From NCBI GenBank assembly GCA_973851085.1, contig OZ316775.1, positions 4,340,001 to 4,404,000 on the forward strand: 64,000 bases of DNA, written 5' to 3'. The position numbers were made by a program, and so were the translations under genes. Positions 47,298 through 61,200 of the stretch are shown one piece after another. Position 1 is the stretch's first letter, and the number at the start of each line of letters is the position of its first letter. This DNA comes from Ptychomitrium polyphyllum (lineage: Eukaryota). The notes under the pieces were generated by a model that saw only the letters and a program-made list of their open reading frames with translations, had not been told where the DNA came from and did not search any database.

Positions 47298-50200
47298 TTC
47301 TAAGCTAAGGTAATTTCCTTGGAAGCTTCCTATATTTTTTAAGAACCTTTTTAAATGCTTCTAATATGTATGTCCTTAACAGTAACTTCCAAGTAATCAA
47401 AGGCTTGGTAGTTCCTTATTGGAAAATCCTTATCAAGGAAAAGCAATCTATATAAATTTATAGTTGATACTATCAAATGGAAGAGACATAGTAGTTCTGA
47501 GAATCAAACTATAAAAATACTATAGAACTTGTTAAAATGGAAAAATATACATTATAAACATTTGCTCTAAAATGAAGTTGATGAAAGATCTGACTATGGA
47601 TTGTATACCTTGTTTCATACAAAAAAAAAATACAACACATCCTCAATTCTCTTGGTTAAGGGTTTAAATACTACATTCAAGATTTTATAAAAGCGGACCT
47701 AACATATTATTTGAACTAACACATTATTACCATCATCTAGTAGTCATCATTGGAGGATGTCCGATAGTACTAATAGGAAAAGATCAGTAGAGGAAGTCCA
47801 ATAATACCAAATATTACATTTGGTAGGCTAGATACATGTGCAATATGAGAATGTTTAGGGAAATGGAATTAATTGATATTTTTTGCAATTTTAAGATGCT
47901 AGATATCTAGTAGTGGATTCACTGGTAATGGCCTAGGAAAAGATGTAGTGGTTTTAAGAGAAAATGGTAGATCAAGAGAATGTAAGGTATATGCTAAGGT
48001 TGAATATTTAAGTTGAGCGGAGGTGAATTTTAAGGGAAGTAGAAGTCTTTAGATACAAATGCAAAGATGGCTTATAAAATTGGATGATTCAACACAAGAG
48101 AATTGTGTTAGATTGTATTAAAGTTATACTATGATAGACGGTATATGCAATTACAAAGATCAAAGCTTTGGCAAGGAATTTAAGACACATGGAAGGTGCT
48201 AACAAAAAAAACCTATTTAAAACAATGTATGGTTGCAAACAATTATGGTCGATAATTATCAAACAGAAAAATATTGGTAGTTCCTAATTTAAAAAAGTAA
48301 CAATAAAAGAATACTTGGAAGAATTGGTAGTTATTAACTATCAAATAAATAAGTACTCATAGCTTGTAACTATAGAAGAGATGGAAAAAAAAAGAAAATT
48401 TGCAATAACATAGAGATATACATAAGGATTATAATTCACTAAGCTATAGCATACTTCACTAGTCTAGAAAATACAACTTGATTAATAACACAAGATACAG
48501 CACACCCTTAACCTTCTTGATTGAGGATTGTGAACTATAAAATGAGCTTATTTTGTTGTTTTTGCTTAAATTTTTTTTTTTAAAATAATGTTATTAATTG
48601 GAATTAGGCTTAAGTAAGGCCAAGATGCTTCATTTATAATGTAATTAGCTCTTAAAAAAATTACTATGCAAATTAAGTAGCTATTAGAAATTCACATCTA
48701 TTAAGAACAAAGAATTGGTTGAATTAGGCAAAGAGGGACAAAATTTCCAATTTAGATTGATTAGTAGTTTTAAAATTAGATTGAAAACTAAATTAGGTGA
48801 AGGTAGAGGAGTTTTCCACCTATGAAAGCGGAATATGGCTTATTATAAAAAGATGAGACATAAGCTCTCAATAAGAATTGAATTAGGAGGTAAAAATTAG
48901 ATTATGTTATGATCAAATATTAATTAATTAAAACTAGAAGGTCTTGAAATTAGAGGTGAGGTTGGCAAAGCAAGTTGATGCAAGATTATAACATAATGAA
49001 GTTGCTTCAAGAAGTTCCATAATAGTTGGTACATGTTGAAAGGAAGAGACAAGATAAAATGGTCTCTTTCTCACTCGCCTTGGATTTGGTATTCTCATTC
49101 CACCTCACTCTTTCCTTTCTTGCTCTTTTCTTTACTTTATCCTCTTTTTGCTTTTTTTCTATATTTCTTCATTGATAGAAGTAGACTCGGATTATAAGAA
49201 GGATTTAAAAGATTTTGAAGTTGAATTTGCTAATCTAGGGTTTAAAAGCGTATATCTAGGATTTAAGTGGCAAAAACCACAATTCCGGTAAGCTATGATC
49301 ATGCCTTGATCAGTCCTTGAAATTGGCTTAAGTCATTCATTTCATTTCATATTATGGTTAACCTTATTGTTATCTTTTCAACACCATTTAGAACTTTTAA
49401 TTTAGAATTTTAATAAATTAGTTTTGGAATTTAGAAAATTAGCCTTGTGTGGGAAGTTGGAATTTGAAAATCCAATAAGCTGCAAATGAATGTTGATCTG
49501 TAGCTTAGATTTTCTTCAACTTTTATTATAATATTTTAATCTCATAGCCTTTGCTATTAGCTTTCTAATGCTATTTGAATCATGGCATTTGGATCTATAA
49601 TAAATTAGATATGAATTTTGAAAGTCTGACTACACTATTGGAACTTAGTATGGAAAAGTTTTCATATAAATGATGGAATTCAACTACTAAAGAATTAGGG
49701 TAAAAACTATGCTGAATCACAAACACAATTTGAATGATTGATAAATTAAAAGTAAGATTGTATAAATTAAATATACCCTTCAATTAAAAGGCATTCACCA
49801 AATCCACTCTTCTTGCCATGAATATTGCTATGTCTTTTTTAATAGAAATATTTCTTCAATATATATAATGAAAATTTCATAATTTATTGGCCATAAGAAC
49901 TTTTTCCATTACCTTGATGCTATAAAGATGTAAATCACTTCAACTCATCAAGTACAATATATATCAAGCTTTAAAAATATTAAAATCTATGATATTCTAA
50001 AATAATAGCAAAGAATACCATTTTTGTTTATGGTTTATTATCATTTGTAACTTTTGATCCAAAGAAATAATACAAGGTTGTTTTTAAGAATTTAATGCAC
50101 TAAAGACTAATGAAAGGACAAGAATTGTATTTACTTCAAAAAAAATCAACCATGGTTGAAAATTTGGCTTAGCAAATCCTCAAATCTATTTTAACAACTT

Positions 50201-51164
50201 GAATTTGAATTTGACTTTAGGTACATATAATTGAGCAAGAAGTAAAAGAAGTTCTAAGCAAGACTACTATAATATTCTTCAACAACTCCACTAAATATTA
50301 TTTCTTAAATAAATAATTCTATCATCCAAAAAAACACATTTCTTAACATCAAAATCTCATTCCACTAAAAATTGAAGAAAATTATCCTCTGGATCACCAA
50401 ACTTGATTTGTTCTTTTATGCATTCACTTCCACTTACCCTCACCATTACTTATTATGCAATTGCAACTTTCCAACCTAAAAATGAGTTGTTCAACTGCAG
50501 GTGAAGAATGTTGTGGCAAGACAATATATTTCAGTTATATGTCACGTATGACAAGTAGATTTTCATTTTCATCTCTAAAACCAACAGTTTTGAAAACTAT
50601 TTTGGCAACCCCTTGAAACTGATGTTAACGTGACTAAAACCAGGGGATTATTGTGAACATATTCACCACACGTACACTTTACCTACGGTCATGTCCCAGG
50701 CGCCTTGTAAGAATCACCGCTACGCCTTCGCAACGAAAACCAGCAACGAAAACTAGTAACTAGAATACAAAAACAGCACTAGCTTAGGGTTAGGGTTGCG
50801 TAGTGGAAGCGACAGTGTCGCACAATTGGCAGTGCGTGGATGGAGCTCCATGTGCTCGGGCCGCACAGAGAGAGGAGCTGTCAGGTGAGCCTGGGGGACT
50901 TCACCTTCGCACCTCCTTCCTGTGCTCAAGACCTGAAGTCCATCACGAGTCGTGACGAAAGTGGTACCAAAAGTAAGGGTTTGGTCTCTTCCAGCACCGC
51001 AATAGAAAAGAGCTTTAGGTGCTGCACAGGAGGACAACTCGCTACGGAGTTTTGTACTTGGAGTTGCTGGTTGCACTTGCTGTGACAACAGTGTGATTCA
51101 CTGGTGGAATGTGTCTGCTCATGACAGGCTCATAACGTGAAGATCGCTGGAATAGCGCGTTGAT

Positions 51165-51228
<64 letters not shown>

Positions 51229-51243
51229 GAGAGAGAGAGAGAG
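51165..51243 (+). repeat. (GA)n microsatellite, about 39 units with one interruption, ending 25 nt upstream of the DnaJ start codon
   Basis: Seen directly in the sequence. Confidence 0.97.
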
Positions 51244-51268
51244 TGTGTGTTGGAGGAGATTATTGGAG

Positions 51269-53937
51269 ATGCCTCCTCCGGTGGAAGGGCTCTCGGAGTG
51301 TCTGTACGACACGCTGGGAGTGGAGCGCAATGTGGATCCTGACAAACTCAAGATTGCGTACCGGAAGATGGCAATGAAATGGCACCCGGATAAGATACAG
51401 CAGAGTGGCGCGGGTTCGTGTCCCGATGCGTACCAGAAAGCTACGGAGCGGTTCCAGCAGATCAATCGAGCGTATGAGGTTTTGTCAGACCCGGTGGAGC
51501 GGACGTGGTATGACTCGCACCGGGAGAGGATTCTCTCCGCGTCGTCGCCGTCGAATTCTGCTAATGCGGCGCCCGGGGAATTCAATTTGAATTTGTGGCC
51601 CTACTTCTCGCCGTCAGCGTTCTCAGGGTTTGGGGAAACGGGGAATGGGTTTTATGCTGTGTATAGTGAGTTGTTCAAGAAGGTGCATTTGCAGGAGCAA
51701 GTGTTTGGGCGAATGTATGGGAATGGCGATGTGGGTGAGGCGCCTGAGCTCGGAGGACGAGACACGCCGTATCAAACCGTTTACTCCTTCTACCGGTATT
51801 GGCAGGGTTTTTCGTCTGTCAAAGATTTTGGGTGGTGTGACAAGTATGATGTATTGCAAGCTCCGAATAGGAAGGTCCGGAGGCTCATGGAGGAGGAGAA
51901 CAATAAGGTCAGGAAGCGGGAGCGGAGAGAATTCAACAACTCTGTTAGGCAACTCGCGTCGTTTGTGAAGAAGCGGGATAAACGAGTTATTGAGAAGCAA
52001 CTTGAGCTACAAAAGATTCAGAAGCAGAAGGAATTGGAACGGAAAGCGCGCCAAATTGCATTAGAGAAGGAAAAGCAAGAGCAGATCCGGCAGTATAAGG
52101 AACAAGCGTGGACCGTACCTTCTGATGAGGAGGAGTGGGATAGTGATGAGAGTGGTGATGATGATGGCACTGTAATATTAGATAAAACGGCAGAGGACTT
52201 GGAGTGTATGATCTGTGGGAAGCGGTTTAAGTCTGTAAAGCAGTTGCAAAACCATGAGCGGTCTAAGAAGCATCTTGAGAATCTAGCGGCACTCAAGGGA
52301 GCATTTCGCAACGATGATGAGCAAGTAGAAAGGTTAGGAAAACAATTAGGTATTGATATCTCAATTAAGAAGAAGTCCAAACAGAATGCCGCAGGTGTAG
52401 CCAGCGGTGAAGTGCAGGAGGAAGCTGATGATGTTGATGAAGGTGCCGAAGATCTGGATCTTAGCTCTAAAGAAGGACCTAGTACCAGTCAACTAGAAGT
52501 TGAGATTGGAGCGGAGCCACTTCATATGCCGAGTACAATTTTCGATGAGGACATCAAACCTTCAATTGTCAGTAATGAAAAAAGTGTAGGTGGCTTTATC
52601 CAAGATTCACATAGGGATCAACAAAAGGATGCATCAGGGAGAGAACCAACGAGTAATGAGTTGGACATTTCTGATGCAGAGGATGGGGAGGATGATGATG
52701 ACGATAATATGCTCGCCTCTATGTTAAAGTTTCAACGAAGTCGTGGGATGTCTGCAGCGGCCCCTGAAGCCAATGTTGAGGATGCAGATGTGAGCAATGT
52801 ACAAAAATCCGTATCGGAGAGTGGCCGTGATGATGAAGAAGAGGAGGATAGTATGCTATCGTCCATGTCAAGCCTTCTCCTCAACAAACAGAAAGTCCCC
52901 TCTGAAACAACTCCCGAGGTCGGGCAATCGGATGACGCCGCAAATGATTCAGTAGAAGAGGCAGGACCTTCATCTGCATTAGAGGAGCAAGATTTTGATG
53001 AGAAGAAGTCGAAGAAAGGCAAGACAAGACGGAGAGCCAGGCAGGATGGAAAGCAAGCAGCTGTCTTCAATCGTTATGCTGCTTCTGCAACTGACTTTGG
53101 ACAACCGGAAGTGGCAGCAACGAACGGTGATGCAACTTCAGATACTGAAGGCCCCTCCACTAGTGCCAATGCGAGTGGTCGTGTTGTGAGGGAGCTTCCC
53201 CAGGTGAAGCACGCGAAGTTGGCTCATCGAGGGAAGAAGATCAAAAAAGAGAAGGTAAGTGGATCACAACAAAGCTCTCTTTTCATCATATATCAAATCA
53301 GACTAATTTGATCCCATGTCTAAACCTGTTGCCTAGACTGGTTTGACCATGTATTAAATTTAAGGTCAAAGGCTAGCTCGACTTATGGATAAATGTTAAT
53401 AGAGGTATGTATTGAAGTAAACCACGAAAATACATAAAGACACCGAAGATATTAGGTAATATTACATTTAGTATTGAACAGTTCCTTGGACATTGTTAGA
53501 CTCAATTTTAGAGATACAATTTTTCCTATGATAGTTTGAATGATGAATAGTAGGCATTAGTTATTATTATAGGGTATGTAGAGATATCTGAAGGGATCGA
53601 TTTTTAATTGGTGCTTCCATGACCTGTTCAGAAAGGTGCAATACAAGACAGTTACACTTGTCAAACATGCGGAGAAGATTTTGACTCAAGGTAAGAAACT
53701 TCTAATTTACAAGGCCTATTTAAGATCCATCCAGAACTGCGTCATATGGAGTAGAATGGCACTTACTGAACGTAATTCAAATTGCATGTGACTTTGGCTT
53801 GTCTGAGTTAAGAGGTTGAATGGCTTTTACAGCCTAATAGTATTGTTTAAATGACAAATTTTTTGGTTCCTTGTGCCAGGTCGCAGTTGTTCAGGCACAT
53901 TGCAGCGACCAATCATGCTATTCTCAAGTCGAAGTAG
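51269..53937 (+). CDS. JJJ1: DnaJ protein, JJJ1/DNAJC21 homologue (J domain, zuotin-like region, two zinc fingers), ~700 aa, 3 exons
   Basis: Exons 51269-53254, 53632-53690 and 53880-53937. J domain LYDTLGV..AYRKMAMKWHPDK; FYRYWQGFSSVKDFGWCDKYD..APNRKVRRLMEEEN; CMICGKRFKSVKQLQNHERSKKH; terminal CQTCGEDFDSRSQLFRHIAATNH. Confidence 0.95.
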
Positions 53938-55276
53938 ACTAGTTGCCATCACTGATGCACGAGTTGCAGGATGCCCTTTCAGTGCTTGACTGTGCCAATC
54001 TCATCGAAAGCAGTCTTTGTGGAAGTGTATTAGGGGTGTCGATGACCTAGTGATATTATGCACACTGGCAGCATGTTCTCATTGTGCTTGTTCAGAGTGG
54101 GGTGTATACTTTCTTAGTCTTCCTCTTTATATTCAACTGCAAGATATGGGTATTGTTACTTGTTCATTCAAATCTCTGGGAGTGAATTGATCTGGACAGC
54201 AAAGGTCTGGTGAAATTTTAAATTGCTCTAAAGCTGGATAAATTGAACTCTTTTTCACTGGCAACTCTGATGAGAGCGACAATAATTTTTCCTGTACCAT
54301 TGTAGAAATAAAGCCTCCTGCATGGTATTCTTTAGCAGTTTAATTAAACTCATTCTCACCTTGGAAAGCGGAAATAGTATCTTTGATGATGAAAAGATTC
54401 CTAAGGGTGTTCAAAGGGGGTCACTAACAAATATTACAAATGGCCGACTAAGTGTGATTTGGTGTCTACTACACTAACTTTCTGCCATGGTGATGGATAG
54501 CATTGGTAGAATAGTGGTCCTCACTGAAAAAGAATTGCACCTGTTATTGGAATAATATGAAAAGATATGCATGAATCCAAGAATAAAAGTGAGTGATAAA
54601 ACAATATATACAAAAACCCTTATATTTTTGCAAATGTTCAGAGGAAATAGATTTAATATGTTCATTCCAATGATAACTTATTGACATGAGAAATTGAAAG
54701 ATGACTTGGCAATGCCATTGGATGCATGATGAGAAAAGAATGTGTGTAATGCAACTCCTTACTTAGTATTCATTCATTGTTGTATTCATCGAGTCAGTCA
54801 TAATATTATATGTGAATTGACACAAATCCCCATTATGTAGCTCTCTTAGAACGCGGGTACTTGCCATAGTAAATTGAACACAATGAACACAACGCATTTA
54901 CTATGCTCTCACCTAGAATTTAACTATAACGGAAACTTAACTATTCATTCCAAGTCCAAATCCTTTGCCCATCATAGTTTGCATACTTATTAAAAACCTT
55001 GTACACTGAAAGTGTGATTTGGTGTGAAACATTCGTTGCTTAAAATGAGAAAAAAACACTTCTCATGTTGACCTTCACAATGAGGAACTGCACACATGTA
55101 TGGAGAAGTGTGAACTCTTTACTGAACATTTTTGCAACAAAGGGCAAAATAAGAAAAAGGAATCATGGGGGTAATGTTACAAAGGGCATGTGCCCAGTGC
55201 CCTGTCCTGACTTACACAAAGATCGAAATGAAAAAAGAAAAAACTACTCTCTCTAACAAAAGTTCTACACTAACGC

Positions 55277-58200
55277 CTAACCAACTCCACCTCCACCACT
55301 GTCAGGATCCCTTGATTCAGTAGATCCCAAGTGCTCCTCAGTTGCTGTTGGAGCTCTAGACAATGCACCTGGAAGAAAGGAGGCAAGAGCTGGATTTACA
55401 AGCATGCGCTGCACTTCAGAAGGGTGGACAAGGCCAGCTCCACTATTCCATGCGCTGGAGCTGACACCAGTATGACCGGCGAGATTTGGATAGTGTTGAG
55501 GAGTAAAATACATGCTACCCTCCCGTACACACTGTTGCAACAGGTCGTTCCCACTCAAGTGGAGTTGCGGTGCAGGTAGAGAGGCAGCTAGACCCAAAGT
55601 GGGATTGGCTTTCAAAGCATCGACAGCAGCACCATTAGTAGCTGCTGCTGCTAAACCTTGCCTAACAAGATTTTCCCACTGATGGTTCTCAAGCCGCGGC
55701 TGATTGATGCTTGAATGAGATTGTAAACTGCGACTCTGATGCCAATCAGCAATGGCCATCAATGCATTAATCACAGTTCGTGGCACTTGTTGGCTGTTAG
55801 CCAAGGGCCCAGTTGTCTGCATTGGAAAGGACTCCAGCTGGCCCCTACTAGTTCTACTGGCCGTCATGGAGCCTCGGTCATTACCGCTTGAAGCATGTGT
55901 TATATTGTCAGTTCTTCTGTCGGATTCAGATCTAGAAATGTCCGCTGACGACACTAGAGACGCACTACCTCCACCTTGATCATTCACAGAGGCTCGGGGT
56001 TTGTCCAAACCATTAACCATAGTTGCAAGACCCTCAACTCGTGGATGATCTTGGACAGTACTGGGCTGCTCAAGGTGTTGGACCTTATGGGTAAGTAAAG
56101 GCGCGGTGTGTTCCGATTCTCCATCTCGTGTTTCTCGAGACACGCGGGTTTCCTGCATGTTGTGATGCTCCGACTCTCCTTCACTACCCTTGGACACTAG
56201 ACTCGCCTGCGAATGAATACCGTTCATAATGTTCCATAAACCCATGCTCCCCGGATTAGTAAGTGGCGGCCATGGAGTTTGGCGACCATCAGGCATGAAA
56301 GGAACACCTCTGAAAGCAGACTCCTTTCCATATGCTTTTGGTGCAGTTGCAGAGGGAACTGACATGCTCGTCACAGGAGAAGAAGATGTCGAATATACAG
56401 GTGACTGCTGCACTGAGACTCTGTCAGCGGAAGAAACTGGCAGACGCCCTGCAGTCTGAGTTGCCGCAGTAGAAGTCGGTTGACACAAAAGAGACTGGCC
56501 AAACAGCTTCACATCGCCTGATCGAGTTTGCTGGGACTCCGTTGCTGGAGTCGGCGTTTGCCTTTGTTGAAGTGCTTGTTGTGAAGGACTTGCTCTCTGA
56601 ACAGCAGCACTCAATTGTTGCTCAATCGATGCTCGTGAAAATTCTCGCCGCTTGGATGCTCCTGCTAACATCCAGAACCAGGGTTCAGTGCAACTGTAGA
56701 AGTGGAAGAGAAGCAAAAGGGGGAGAAAATTTAATGAGAATGATAAAAATGGACCTAAATTATGCTCCAAATATAATGGCAATGATTACCATAGAAATAC
56801 TAATCATGCAAAAGTACTCAAAACCACGTATTGGGAAGTGAGGGATAAAATTATACCATTACTGTTGATTCCCCGAAGTTCGCCAATCTCCTCTTGATGA
56901 TTTGAAGCTTCTCCAGAATTACTTGATACAGTAGTTTGCCCATTCCCTCTCAGTAATGTTAGTGCTGGTCCATGCTGCAGCTGGTCATGCCGGTGGAGCA
57001 AACCACCTTGCTGTAATACGGGAGTAGATAAAGTTTTGGTAAGCTGCTGTGGCAGTGGCACTAGTCCTTTTGGTTTCGTCACTACCAGTGGCTGGAGTAG
57101 AGAAGAGTGCGAGCTTTGATGTTGATGAATGTGTGCATGTGTTTGAGCTTGGGCTTGGACTTGTGCCTGCACTTGGGCCTGGGCTTGCGCCTGTGCCTGA
57201 GCCTGCACTTGGGCGTGTTCTTGCTGATGGTGTTGAAGCTGTTGCTGCTGCTGCAAATGTTGCACAAGCTGTTGCTAGACAGAAGTAAAAGTGAATGTTA
57301 GGCACGCAATCCACCCTAGATAAAGCCACATAACTAGAACTCCAGCATAAGATTAGATGAAACTAATAATAAATAATGCATAGTCAAAAAAATTACGTGT
57401 TGCTGCTGTTGTTGCTGCTGTTGCTGCTGAAACAACGCTTGCTGATGATGTAACTGTTTCAACTGATTTGTCACTTGTGGAGAAGTACCAACTGCCGTGT
57501 TTTGATTTCCTATCTGCTGAGATGAAGGGGCTTGCTGCTGTTGACTGGAAGCTTGCTGAGCTTGAGGATGATGTATCACCTGCTGGTTCAGAAGCTGCTG
57601 TTGTTGGCGTTGAGTAGTTTGACCCTGCTGGAGAACCACAACCTGTCATAGGAGTTATTTAGCCAAATAATTTCACGGACATAAAGTATAACCGGAACAA
57701 GTCATGTACCTCAATGAAAGTCACGGAGATCCAGGTGCAATCCGTACCTGCTGTTGAAGTGGGTGAAGCACACCCTTGGTGGTCTGATGTTGCTGCTGTT
57801 GCTGGAGATGTGCTGCCGCCGCCTGTTGATGCATCATGTTTTGCAGAAGCTGCTGCTGACTTCGAGCTACCTGTAGACGATAACAGACCTATGAGTGTTC
57901 GGTTCAAACTTCATGTGTTCTTCTGATGGAGAATTAATGGAAACGGGTTGATGCACCTACAGTTAATAAAGTATACAAACAACATAATTATCTGACAAGG
58001 AATTCATGCATTAAAACTTGCTCGGAAACAACTGTTCTATCAGCTGCAGAATCACTGTAAGACAGTAGTCACGGGATAAAGAAACAGGAACTATCAAATT
58101 TGTGCGCACCTGTGCAGTTTGCAATTGATGTGCGGCCTGCTGATGGAGATTTGGTTGAGAACTTTGCTGAACAAGTCCCGTAGATTGCAAAGGCTGCTGT

Positions 58201-61200
58201 AAGCCGATGGACTGTGAAGGCTTCTGTGACAGAGATGCTGCAAGCTGTTGCTGCAAATTTGAGTGAGATGTCCTTTGAAGTCCTGGGTTGGAGAACATTG
58301 GCAGGCCATGTTGGTGAAGAAATGGGTAGAGGGCCTGGGGATTTTGTGCAAACCCATTAGCATTACACATCTGGCGAATAAATTTCTGTACAGTCATTGG
58401 ATCATCCATCCGCTGACCAAAAACCGAGTATGCAAGGTTGTCGGCTCCCACTGGGCTGGTCCCCATGCTCATGCTTGTGTTCATGCTTGGAAGAGCAGCC
58501 ATTGCTGGACTCACCTTCTGTGAAGCGACATCAACATCAGACGGAAGGGCAGAACCAGACTTGAACTCATTTGCTGTGGTCAAAGAACCTACATTGTTGC
58601 TACTGGTATCAGAGTCATCAGCTTTCCGTTTGCGACTTCCAGCTCCCCTTCCTCCAGATATATTTAGACCTTCCGGATTCAAAAGACCGAGCTTCGCCTT
58701 CGAGTTTTGAAAATAAGTCTTGATCTGTGTTAATGATTTCGCAGGCAAACAATCATGCAGTCTCGTCCAATCCTTCCCATAATTCCTAATGATATCAGCG
58801 AACTTCTCTTTCTCCTCTTGAGTCCAAGAAGTAGGTTCTCTCCTGGGCTTTGTTTCACCAGAACTAACCCTCCCAACCCTTTCCCTTGCCTGTTGAGCAT
58901 TATGAATAGAAGAGGTTGTAGAAAATATAGCACCAGCAGAATGAGATAGAGCAGCTGTAACAGATGGAAAAGAAGCTGAATCTGTGCTTGCTGACATTGC
59001 CACTTGAGGTGACCCTGGCTCAGGTTTGACAGCAACAGTAGGAATTGGCTTGAATTCCTGTAGATCTGCTACCAAATTGCATGTTTTGATCAGAGTCGCG
59101 ACATCGTTGTCAGCACCTGCTTCTGCCTCGCATTTCGGAGATTCAACAAAACTTTCAGCGCCCTTAGGAGCTTCACATGCATCCTCATCCTCGCGCACCC
59201 CGCTAGCTGCCAAACTTGTTGAATCACTTCCTGCAAGCATTTCCTCCACTTCCTCGACTTTGAGTACCTGTGAAGGCACCTGTTCCTCCATATGAACTGA
59301 TTCAGGCTTGATAAATGCAGGAACCAAATCAACCGGCTCTTCTAAACGACATTCATCCATGGTGGAAGCAATAGCAGCAACCTCACATTCTGTCTTCACC
59401 ACACTTCCTATCACACCCGGAGTTTCTATCAAACAAACTGAGGTTTCGATTGTGACATCCTTCGAACGGACAACAGCGGCAACAGTCTCAGATGCTTCCT
59501 CCTCCACTATTTTCGAGTCGGATAATTTCAAAGCATTTGCGATCTCTTCCTCTAGCTCATCGTGTTCATCAGGTTCATCACGGTCCCCATGAGCATCGTG
59601 TTCAGCAAGTTCAGGAGATTTATATCCGTTATTTTCCTCTTCCATGGGCATGGACAGGGAATCTACATTCATACTTATGGGCAAGACACATTCAGAAGCT
59701 GTAGGTAAAACTTCCTCCATCTGCACATCAACACAATCTGAGTTCTTCGCCACAGCAGCTTCACCACTAGATTTTAATCTAGCCTGGTACTTCTCCACAA
59801 GACGGTCAAGCCCCAAACGCTTGCGAGTCTTGCTAAAAAATGACTTGCATTGGCCCAAACTCTTCGTTGGTCCAACATGGAGTGCAATATTCTGGAAATC
59901 TTTCCCAAACATAGCTACAGCCTCTGTAAAAATTTCCCTTTCCCTGTCTGTCCATTGCGCATCAGCCTGAACGAACACGATCACAAAAGCACAACTTTCA
60001 GATTGAGGCTCTCATGCTCCGATATTTCAATTCTTCACAAGAAACTCATCCATAGGAGATCCTTGAAGTTGGAAAGTCCAAGGAAACTTGCACAAGAGGC
60101 CAGTTAAACAGTTCAATAAGGCAATTTCAAGTACTAATTTAAATGTCCAAAGATTAACCACACAACCTTCAACTAACCTCTTCCCCAGCAGATTTCGCTA
60201 GATCTCGTCGAATGTGAATACTGCGGGCACCCTTTGGTCCAGATGTGTGCTGCTCCAATGACCCACTCCTTGCGACTACTTGACCTCCGTTTGACATTGT
60301 CTTTACTGAACTTCTCTCACGACTAATCTTCACAGGAGGTGGTACTGCAGAGCTTAGACCGCAAGAAATGGTGACATGTGAGGACGCAATCTGAACAGCA
60401 CTAGGAACTGCTGCACCAGCTGAGAATGGCGGTGTAACAGAGACCTTATTCTCCTTTCCGCTGAGACATTTCCCAAGTTCAAGAGTTGAAGGAAGAGAGG
60501 CCGGATCCAATGACGAACTTATCCGCACACGATCAGGTGGCTTGTGATGTATGCTACTCCTCACGGCCTTCGCGCCAACTGAGATGTGAGATATTGTCAC
60601 AACAGCAGTAGCTGTCTGTCCATTCAGAGCTTCAGCACGTGCATGGGCATTTGCTTCTCTTTGTCTGCTACTAGTTTGCAAACCCGTAGCAAGGTACGAT
60701 CCACCCACTCGCGAATAATCCCTTCTTTTCTTCAGTTGCTGCCTTCGCCTTATCTTTTCAAAATCTTCGGATTTCTGGTTACGGTAGTAAAATCCCACAC
60801 AGTCTGCTGTAGTTTTATAATCCAGATATGAAGCTATCTTACTAAAGTTTTTATTATAGATGGCAAACTTTTCCAGAAATATCTTTTTCTCTTCAGTTGT
60901 CCAAGGATTCATGCTTCTTCGCTCCAGCTCCACCATCACTGGATCCTCTACAAGCGCATTCTTACTCTCAAATCTCCGCGCCGACCGCTCTCTTTCACCT
61001 AGAATCATAGCTGGCATTTTCAAGATAGGCCTTAGTTGTCCCACAACTGGTTCCACCATCAGCCTCTTCATATGCTCCTCGGATACAGCCTCCAACTTTC
61101 CCATACCTACAAGAAAAAACAGAAAACCATGAGCTGAGCAAAACTAAAATTAAGAGCTCACTAACAGCGTCCTACATGCAACTTATGTATTCCATAAATA

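Larger units (their letters stand above)
45282..47381 (-). mobile_element. Family A LTR split by nested insertions (pieces 45282-45579 and 47298-47381)
   Basis: The two pieces rejoin into a sequence colinear with 40111-40434. The right end is ...TATGTCCTTAACA. The left boundary is uncertain (45251 or 45282). Confidence 0.75.

Noticed and set aside
51130..51585. ER-repeat and SL-repeat ORFs
   Set aside because: They are translations of the (GA)n microsatellite and of the antisense strand of the DnaJ exon.
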